From positions 103,912,001-103,976,000 of the forward strand of contig NC_043005.1 in NCBI RefSeq assembly GCF_006345805.1: a stretch of 64,000 bases of DNA, written 5' to 3'. Each line of letters begins with the position of its first letter. Within the stretch, counting starts at the first letter, position 1. The stretch is from Octopus sinensis (Eukaryota). The position numbers and the translations under genes are program-made. Under the pieces are notes generated by a model that made no database searches, was not told where the DNA came from, and worked only from the letters and a program-made list of their open reading frames with translations. This document shows, in pieces, positions 54,037 through 64,000 of the stretch.

Positions 54037-54215
54037 GAGCGGCGAGCTGGCATAATGCTTAGCAGCATTTCGTCCGTCTTCACATTCTGAGTTCAAATTC
54101 CGCTGAGGTTGTTTTTGCCTTTCATTTCTTCGGAATTGATAAAATATAAACCGGTTGAGGACTACAACACCCACTCCCGAAATTACTGGCCTCATGCCAA
54201 AATTTGAAACCAGAA
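54037..54215 (+). mobile_element. Degenerate SINE family A
   Basis: gcggcgagctggc...gagttcaaattccgc. Confidence 0.8.
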
Positions 54216-54291
54216 TTATCTATGCTTGAAAAATAAAGAACATCCAAGATATATCTCGGTCTATCTCTCTAATCTTCTCGCTCACCCCCTA

Positions 54292-54355
<64 letters not shown>

Positions 54356-54608
54356 GCACACCAACACACACACACACACACACACATACTGCTTTGGTCC
54401 ACTCAGTTGCAAAACTGTGTAATCCCGAACGGACCGGCTTCCGGTCAATTGGGAGAACACATATGCCGTAGGATCCGGTCGTAGATAAACTGATAGACAG
54501 ATAGTTGAAAAGACAGATTAGATCGATAAGTAGCGAGACAGATAGATTGTTCGGTAGACATATAAATAGACTGACAGCTCGTTAAATAGATATATTGAAA
54601 AACGGAAG

Positions 54609-54680
<72 letters not shown>

Positions 54681-54681
54681 T

Positions 54682-55200
54682 GTTTCTTTATTAGCCACAC
54701 AGGGCTGAACACAGAGGGGACAAATTACAAAATAGAGCTTTTCTTTTGGGGGAGAAAAAAAAGGGGGGGTAGGTTATTTATCAAAAGGGATCATAAAAAA
54801 TTTTAAAAAAACGATCAATAGGGATCATGTCTCACAGAAATGTCATGATGTAAAGTATAAAGGTCCATCCGTGGAAAGAAAAGCCCACGGAAAAGACCAC
54901 GGTAACCTCAGTCAATAATGTCACATGTTAACACATTTATTTGCGAGTAAGTAACTCTCTGTTTAAAATTTTTCCGGGTTCATAGGATTATGCTCAAGGT
55001 GGCTTCGTCATTCCTACGTGCCATCCTTGCTACATTTGAAACATTCGCTAGACAAAACTTGCCTGTCTACTCTCACTTTCCTTTTCAAGTGGTACTTGAA
55101 GAAGTTGATGAGAGATTGATCAGAGAGAAAAATGTTTGTCTCTAATCCTTTCGGACCAGATACATTCTTTCATCATAGCCACATGTATGATGAAAATAAT
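54682..55200 (-). mobile_element. 3' end of a Tx1/L1-type LINE between (GATA)n arrays
   Basis: VAMMKECIW...LINFFKYHL.RKVRVDRQVLS...ARMARRNDEATLSIIL* resembles, from recall, the C-terminus of octopus Tx1-type ORF2; followed by a 3' UTR ending aataaagaaac. Confidence 0.65.
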
Positions 55201-55234
55201 AGCCATAGATAGATAGATAGATAGATAGATAGAG

Positions 55235-55277
<43 letters not shown>

Positions 55278-55311
55278 CAGATAGGTAGCTAGCTAGCTAG
55301 ATAATAGATAA

Positions 55312-55417
<106 letters not shown>

Positions 55418-55845
55418 GGTTATATAGATAAATAGGTAGATGGAGACTGAGATATAAACATTAATAGGAAAGAAGCAGGATCAGGTTGTTCTGTAGACAT
55501 AAAATAAGATTGACTAAAATTTACCTGACAAGAATACCAATGTCGCACAAAGCCGTTTTACTCTTGGAATATATAATTACCTCGGGTTATAAACCCACAC
55601 GTAAGGTATCATGTCTGTACTAACAGCCTCACACACGTATGCAGATCGACATTATATGCATACACATACACGCACAAACACACACGCATACAAACACACA
55701 CACACACATCTACATTATATGAGAGTGTGTTTGTCAAATTATGTATAGGTATATTACATATGGATAAACATACATATACACGCCTATGAACATAAAAACG
55801 GGCATACAAACATCTGTGTGTATCTGTCTCTATGTCTCTAACTGC

Positions 55846-55932
<87 letters not shown>

Positions 55933-55961
55933 GTTAGCCTGCTAGCTACATCTACAGTTAA

Positions 55962-56010
<49 letters not shown>

Positions 56011-56629
56011 ATGCGTGTGTGAGTAAATGCATGTATGTTTCTGGGGGCAGACGTCGGCTTAAATATATCATTCATATAATTGCGTGTGTGTATGTTTGCA
56101 AACGGGTGTTCTGTGTGCGCTTACGCGTTAATTAATCCAAATCCTTTTCTCATCATATTTAGACCTTATCAAAATGATGTTTTATTTGCAGAACACCAGA
56201 AAACATTGTCATTAAATAAACACACACACACACACACACACACAGATTTTTGACCAATATATAAATACACTATAATATGCTGTCATATTGGCTATTGGCT
56301 ATCATCCACCATGAGTACCGTTAGAGCTGCTGCTGCTGCGGTGCTACTACTACTACTACTAACTACTACTACTACTACTAATATTGTCAACTCCATTCTA
56401 AAATTCGTCATAGTCACCCCCCTCCTGTTTCTTTACTTTGTCATTCTTATTCTGATCATTATTATTAGCATCGTCAACTTCGTCGTCGTCGTCGTCCTCC
56501 TCCTCCTCCTCTCCATCATCATCATCATCATCATGAACAGCATGGTTATCATTCTCGGTTAGCAATTTGTTTTTGCGTACCTCGAAATAAGTTCTGTTTC
56601 TCTTCCTCACACTCCCACACATCGATTAA

Positions 56630-56810
56630 CGACTGCTGTTGGTTTGTTTACGTTCCCGTAATTTAACGGTTTGACAAAAGCGACCGACCGAATAAGTACT
56701 AAACTTTAGAAAGTAAGTACTGGAAATTGACTCATTCGACTAAGACCATCAGGGCGGTGCTCCAGCATGGCCGCAGTTCATTGACTGACACAAGTAAAAG
56801 ATAGAAGGCA
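56630..56810 (+). mobile_element. SINE family B, 3' fragment
   Basis: ggcggtgctccagcatggccgcag tail. Confidence 0.8.
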
Positions 56811-56963
56811 AAAGAGAATTCAAATCCTGCTGAGGTCAACTGTCGTCCTTTCGGGGCCGATAAAGTCAGATAAATATTAAAGTCGATATGATCAAGATAA
56901 CATATAATCGAGTTTACATTTCAGGTTTTGTGCCTGTATTAGTTAATATTATTCTTATCTCTC

Positions 56964-57348
56964 TCTATATAAAGCTGAAGTTGTCTGTGTATGGCAGGTT
57001 TGGTAGTCTTCAACTAACACTATCTCCTCCGAGACCCTGCGGCGCAAGTTGACCAAAATTCAGAGTATGATAGAAGAAGGCTTGCTCTTCCTTCCGAAGA
57101 AAAAAAATTTCAAATCGGACCATGTTAACACCAAAAATTATTTACATCAAAAAGGTGCTTTTTTCTATGAAAATCCCTATCTTTTCGATTTTTTGACTGC
57201 TGTGTCGCCATTTTTTCGGTGTATTTCAACCAGAAAAATGTTCACTTAAAGAGAATATCAAGCTACATAATGCAAAATTTTTACTTTTCAAAAATTCCAA
57301 TTCTAAAGGGTCGAAACAAACCCGAGCAAAGCCAGGCCATACTGCTAG
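56964..57348 (+). mobile_element. Non-autonomous Helitron with termini related to 52402-52914
   Basis: 5' TCTATATAAAGC; 3' CCCGAGCAAAGCCAGGCCATACTGCTAG|T. Confidence 0.75.
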
Positions 57349-57505
57349 TTTTAATAAAAGTTCAGTTCACTGGAAGAATCATTAGTGCGCCCCCTCCCAA
57401 AAAAAAAGACGCCTTAGATTTTCGTAGAAATATTTCGACATCGGCAACAGTGTCAGAGTTTATATCTTTTTCCAGTTTCCTGTTTTCTTTCATCATATTA
57501 CTTTT

Positions 57506-57715
57506 TGGCAGAATCGTTAGCACACTGGGTGAAATGCTTAGTGGTATTGCATCTGTCTTAATATTCTGAGTTCAAATTCTGCCGAAGTCAGCTTTGCCTT
57601 TCATCCTTTCGGAGTCGATAAATTAAGTACCAGTTGAGCACTGGGGTCAATGTAATTGACTTACCCTTCTCGAGAAATTTCAGGCCTTGGGTCTATAGTA
57701 GAAAGGATTATTTTA
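57506..57715 (+). mobile_element. SINE family A (diverged tail)
   Basis: ggcagaatcgttagcac...gagttcaaattctgccgaagtc. Confidence 0.85.
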
Positions 57716-58209
57716 AGAACCTATGGGCTGCTATATTACGGGACCCTGCCAAAACATTAAAGAACGAAAAACGGTCACAAAGCGAAAATAAAAGGCAAAA
57801 AGAAATATAAATATACAGATACAGCAATCCTTTTTCTTTTATTCATTTTCAGTTATTGGATTGCGGCCATACTGGGGTGTCTCTTTGAAGGGTTGAATCA
57901 AACTAAAAGGCATCAGTTGTCAAACGAGATGGGGACATACAGAAACACACACACACACACAAATCACACACAAATACACACATGATGGATGGCCTTCTAC
58001 TCAGTTTGTACGAAATTTACTCAGAATGGGACAAGGAACAAAGCACCCAAGGTGCTGCGCAATGAGACTGAACCGGAAGCCAGGTGCAAAGCGATTTTCT
58101 TTTTAAATATTGAAAAGGAACTAAAAATATTATTATTTAAAACAGTTTCATTCGCCTCCATGCGACTGAAAGTTGGTAGGTTTATTACAGAAACCTATAC
58201 ATATCTATG

Positions 58210-58276
<67 letters not shown>

Positions 58277-58375
58277 TTATAATATACATGTATATATACA
58301 CACACTCACACACACACACATATATATGTATACATATATAGTAAATATACTCTCTGTTTCTTCTTTATATATACT

Positions 58376-58406
<31 letters not shown>

Positions 58407-58471
58407 ACACATACATACATACATACATACATACATACATACATACATACATACATACATACATACACACA

Positions 58472-58507
<36 letters not shown>

Positions 58508-58526
58508 TTATATATATATATATAAT

Positions 58527-58915
58527 CTTTTTTACTCTTTTACTATTTTCAGTCATTTGACTGCGGCCATGCTGAAGCACCGCCTTTAGTCGAGTAAATT
58601 GACCCCAGGACTTACTATTGTAAGCCTACTACTTATTCTATCGGAATCTTTTGCCGAACCGCTAAGTTACGGGGACGTAAACACACCAGCATCGGTTGTT
58701 AAGCGATGTTGGGGGCACAAACACACCCACATATATATACATATACATATATACGACGATCTTCTTAAATTTCCGTCTTCCAAATCCACTCACAAGGCTT
58801 TGGTCGCCCGAGGCTATAGTAGACGACACTTGCCAAAGGTGCCACGCAGTGGGACTGAAACCGGAACCATGTGGTTGGTAAGCAAGCTACTTATCACACA
58901 GCCACTTCTGCGTCT
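58527..58915 (-). mobile_element. SINE family B, full length
   Basis: Reverse complement of complete head, CORE-like block and gtaaaagag tail. Confidence 0.9.
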
Positions 58916-59736
58916 ATGAATATATATATATACACACACATACTGTACACAGACATAGATAGATAGAGAAAGAGAGTGAGAGGGTGAAAAAGAGAGAGAA
59001 AGAAAGATAGCGAGAGAGAAATAGAGAAAGTGAAAGTGAGGGAGCCCTGATGAAAAAGTCTCCCTTTGTTTAAGGAATCTGCTGTCACACTTAATGTCCA
59101 ACGTCCAGATGCTACGATGTTTTCTGTGCAACAGTTAATATAGATTTCCCACCTGTCAACTGAGATAGAACGTGCTGTCAAGACGTCTGTCACTTTGTCT
59201 CGGTCTTTGATTCGTGATTGGAAACAAGACATTTCTGAGGAAACTTATTGACAGTATTGTGGTGATGGTTTAACACTGAATTCATAAATGAAGGACTGTA
59301 ATTAGCGACTGGCCGTTTCCAACAACTCCCTGTTATCCTTTGCTGCCTCTGTCTCACACTACGTGACTAACACTAGTGACATAAATATGAAATATATAAA
59401 CAATAATTTACCCACGCTACCTACACCGCCATCACAATATTGTTACTACTGGTATAAACGCTGTTAATAAATTCCCCTATATTAACACTACGGTGGAGGG
59501 TTGTCATTGTTTGTTGTTGTTGTTTTGGTGTTGGAGTGAGTTGTTGTGATGCTCGTTGTAGTTGCAGTGATGTTTGTAGCAATCGTTGTTGTGGATATTG
59601 CCGTGTTTGTGGCAGCAGTTCATAATGCTTGTGGTTGAGTGGGAGAGCTTAGTGGTGGGTGGTTGCGGTGATTGTGGATGTAGTAGTGGTTGTAGTAGTG
59701 GTTGTAGTAAGAGCAAATGCTGCTGCTGCTGCTGTT

Positions 59737-60280
59737 GAAGAAGAAGAAGAAGAAGAAGAAGAAGAAGAAGAAGAAGAAGAAGAAGATGAGAGAAAAAGAA
59801 GACGAAGGACGATAAGATGAAAAATGAAGAAGAAAGAAGAGAAGAAGAAGAAGAAGAAGATGAAGAAGAAGAAGAAGAAGACGAAGAAGAGATAATGAAA
59901 AGTAGAAGAAAGAAGAAGAAGAAGAAGAAGAAGAAGAAGAAAATGAAGAAGAAGAAGAAGACGAGAAGAAGAAGATGAAGAGAAAATGAAGAGAAGGAAG
60001 AACAAGAAGAGAAAAGATAAGAAATGAGAAAAGGAGAAGAAAATGAAGAGAAGGAGAAGAAGAAGAAGGAAAGAAAATGAAGAAGAAGAGAAGAAGAAGA
60101 AGAAGAAGAAGAAGAAGAGAAAGAAGAAAAGAAGAAGAATAGAAAAGAAATAAGAGAAAGAAGAAGAAAAGAAGAAAAAAAGAAAAGAAGAAGAAGAAGA
60201 AAGAAAAAAGAAGAAGACAAAAAGAAGATAAGGAAGAAGAAGAAGGGAAGAAAAATAAAAGAAGGAAAAGAAGAAGTTTT
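59737..60280. repeat. ~540-bp (GAA)n-rich polypurine tract
   Basis: Directly visible. Confidence 0.95.
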
Positions 60281-61679
60281 ATGGTAGACTAGGAAGTTAG
60301 GTGGCAGCAGATAATAAGGGCCACTTTAGCGATGATAAAGGTGACAATGGCTTTGGTGGTATTAAGAATGATAGCATTAACGATGAAGATGATGATGATA
60401 ATGGTGACTGGGTGGACGTGGCGGCAGTGGTGGGGATTATGGTGGTGGTGATGATCATAGTTGTAATGATGATGCTGTTTGTGAAAGAGGTGGTGGTGAG
60501 TGAGGATGCAGGAAATGTTGATTAAAATGGTAGTGCTAATGATGATTATGATGGTAATGATGATGGCATTGAAGATGATAAAATAGTAATTAATGGTGAT
60601 AAGACTACAAAACGATTTAAATGGATATTAGTTTTCAAGTGATTATTGAAGAACTATTAAAATTATATACAAACACACACCCTTATACATACATACGTTA
60701 ATATATTTATATAAATAAATATATTGTTATACATGTATATATACACTATATGTGTATATATATACTTACTTACACATTACAGACACACACACATATGCAT
60801 ACACACACTCACACTCACATATAAAACAGTAGAAGGAAAATAAGAAAGAACGACAGAAAGAAGGAAAAGAAGGAAGGGGAGAGAGAAAGCTTATGGTAAA
60901 CTATAAAAAATAAAGATAATGGATCAATGAAAATAATGGGGAAAATATGAAAGCTAAATGAGATTAAAAAATAACAACAACAATAAAATAACTACTATGA
61001 CAACAAGTGTAATTATTCATATTTTTTCCGAAACAATTCCGCCATTTTGAATTGTTGTGTAGCGTCCATGATTGAGAGAAGTCAGCGAGTGTGGACGGAA
61101 TAGATATTATCTTTCACGTGTTGGTCAATAAGATAGATGTTGAGTTATCTATATCGTTTGTTTGGTCAATAAGAATATAAAGAGAGGGGAAGAACATAGG
61201 TGGTAATGATTTCAATTCTATAAATAATCTTGTAATTCATTGTTGCCGAGAGCCTTAGGTGGACATCAGCTGCTACATCTTTTGCTAACATTCAGCCAAA
61301 TTGACGCCGCTAAATTCCCTCTTTTTCTCGTTCACTGACGAAGACGATTACCCAAAACGTTAAATTATTTACACAGATAATCAAAACAACCTATGGACAG
61401 TTACGTAGTATATCAGACATCAAAGAAATTATCAATGGTTCAAGTTCGACTGGAATTTCACTCACCACACTACCTCGGTTTACCTAATCCTAAAATTATA
61501 TATAGCCACGTGTACTATATATAGCTTGTTAAAACCTGCAAATAGTAACAGCAGTGTGTAATTAACAGCTGTTGTGTTCACCGGTATTGCTTACTCACTG
61601 CACCTGTTTGTCACATAATTAAACACAAGGGGTCAAGCGACCTCATTTCACTCCCTATAAATGTCCTGGTTTAAAATTT

Positions 61680-61878
61680 TGTTACAAGGTCAGCAATCTC
61701 GAGTGAGGGAGTAAGTCGATTGCATCGGCACAAGTGTTCAGCTTGTACATATTTTATGAACCCTGAAAAGATGAATGTCAAAGTCACCCCCTTTAGAATT
61801 TGAACTGAGAACGTAACATCGGAAGGAACGCCGCTAAGCATTCTGTCCGGCGCGATACCGATTCACCTAGCTCACTGC
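61680..61878 (-). mobile_element. Degenerate SINE family A
   Basis: aatttgaactgagaacgta...gccgctaagcatt. Confidence 0.7.
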
Positions 61879-61970
61879 TCACTCCCTATAAATATATCAA
61901 AGTCGAGTAACTTAATTTATACGCTCAATTCCCATTGCTTCTCTCTCAAACACAAGAAGACACAAACACA

Positions 61971-62018
<48 letters not shown>

Positions 62019-62076
62019 CACATGTTTCTATGTTATGTTAGCATACTTCATTTGGCGAACAGAATTCGAATCACAT

Positions 62077-62290
62077 AGGCACAGGTGTGGCTGTGTGATA
62101 AGAAGCTTGCTTCTTAACCACGTGGTTCCGGGTTCAGTCCCTCTGCGTGCCACCTTAGGTAATTTTCATGTACTAAAGCCTCGGAACAACTAAAGCCTTG
62201 TAAGTGTATTTAGTAGACGGAAACATATATATATATATATATATATGTTTGTGTGTGGTTTACATCCCCATAACTCAGTGGTTCAGCCAA
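62077..62290 (+). mobile_element. SINE family B, 5' part
   Basis: ggcacaggtgtggctgtgtg...gggttcagtccc. Confidence 0.85.
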
Positions 62291-63423
62291 ACCGGAGTAC
62301 AAATAACGAACTGGAGTCTCACCACTAAAACAGCTCGAGAATAAAAGTTAATATTATAGAGTGTTACTCGTCATACGATGGGCCAAAATGGAAGTTTACT
62401 TTTGCCGCTATGGGTAATATCAAGAAATATCGCATGCGTGTGATAATTATGATTTAACTTTTATCAACTTTTTGTATACTTGTTTGATAAAATGAAATGA
62501 ATATTAATTTTTGAAAGAAAAATACAAATAATACCTGAAAATAGAATTAATTAACAAATATAACACGACTTACTCCATAGAAAATCTATCTGCAAAATTT
62601 CGTAAAAAAATATATCTTTCAGTAAGTTATACGAATAAAAATAGGTCACGAGACACTAAACTGGAGTGATGCTCCACCCCGCATCAGTTTGTCAGTTTCT
62701 GTACACCCCCCGTCCCCATGCCACCCTCCCCAAAATACACAAATATACACACACGTACACACAAATGCCTTTATAAAGTTAGTTGCGTGTAAAAGAAGTT
62801 TACAAATTGGTGACTAATTTTGAAATGTAAACGAAAATATTATTTCAAGATTTGAAATAAATACCTTATTTGCAATATTTTTTTCCGTGTATCTTTCTTT
62901 TTATAATAATGATCGTATTTTCTACGATGCTACCTTCATTAATTAGCTACATCATGCTACTGAGACACAGTCAGCTCAAAATTATCAAAATCATGTTTCT
63001 ACGCCAAATAAGTCCCACTTTCAACTGTCTTAATTACCAACTATAACCCAAGTATCTAGGTTTTCTTGTATCTGTATACGGATCGCAGGCATGCTCGTGA
63101 GGATAAGAGGCTTAACCGGCAATCAAGTTGTTTTACTTTCAGGGCAAGTTTCTTCTACCATAGCTCAGAGTCGACCAATAGTCTTTGAGTAAGTACCCTT
63201 GACAGAAATTGCATGGAAGCCCGTCGTCTCTCTGCCTGTGTGGAAAAGCTTATATATGTATATATATATATATGAGTATATGTTAAAAGAAGAATTTATA
63301 TATATATATATATATATCTATATATATATATGAGTATATGTATAAAAGAAGAATTATATATATATATATATTATATATATAATATATATAGATATGAGTA
63401 TATGTATAAAATAATTATATATA

Positions 63424-63466
<43 letters not shown>

Positions 63467-63475
63467 CATATATAT

Positions 63476-63862
63476 AGGCACAAGGATGGCTGTATGGCAA
63501 GAAGCTTGCTTCCCACCAAACATGGTTTCGAGTTCAGTCCCACTGTGTGGCACCATGGGCAAGTGTCCTCTACTGTAACCTCAGGTCGACCAAAGCCTTG
63601 TATATGTATATAGAGCATATGCATTTTTGTGAGTGTGCCTTTGTGTTTGTCGTATGCATGTATGTATCTATCTATAAACACACATACACATATATGTATA
63701 TGTATGTATTTGTGTGTCTGTGTTTGTCCCTCCACCGATGTCGATGTGCTTGGTACTGTAACCTAGAAGTTCGGCAAAATAAAATAAGTATTAGGCTTCC
63801 AAAGAATAGCGGTGCTTCATCATGGCCGCAGTCAAATGATTGAAATAAGTGAAAGAATAAAG
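63476..63862 (+). mobile_element. SINE family B
   Basis: Head, catgggcaagtg block and atggccgcagtcaaatgattgaa tail. Confidence 0.85.
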
Positions 63863-64000
63863 GTATATATATATATATATATATATAAATGTATATAATG
63901 CACACTCCCACACCCACACAAGCACATAATACCTGAACACAGACAATATATACACACATACGCAACACATATAGACAAACATAACTTTCGCCCACAAACA

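Noticed and set aside
61377-61490. IIKTTYGQLRS, resembling a carboxylesterase/neuroligin N-terminus
   Set aside because: The conserved G and downstream FLG.PYA..P motif are absent, and the frame stops after about 36 codons.

Overview
This is 64 kb of AT-rich, microsatellite-saturated eukaryotic genomic DNA with one 100-N scaffold gap. From recall, the SINE families and repeat landscape point to an octopod cephalopod (Octopus-like); this is an inference. No intact long protein-coding gene was found, and most ORFs in the supplied track are translations of simple repeats. The window is mainly a transposon graveyard. It holds two tRNA-headed SINE families in many copies, several with target-site duplications (TSDs). 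It also holds R4/Dong-type, CR1, Tx1/L1-type and Penelope-like retroelement fragments, hAT and mariner/Tc1 relics, and non-autonomous Helitron/Helentron-type elements. A few short splice-bounded segments, best on the minus strand at 37.6 and 39.9 kb, suggest the window may lie inside the large introns of a host gene, which I cannot identify. The most interesting signals are: a Tx1/L1-type LINE sharing its 3' tail with the most abundant SINE; the same Dong-(AAT)n-second-element arrangement at two loci; candidate micro-exons; hammerhead-like relics; a 97-nt fold-back; and several minisatellites. I do not see clear evidence for a novel multi-gene system.
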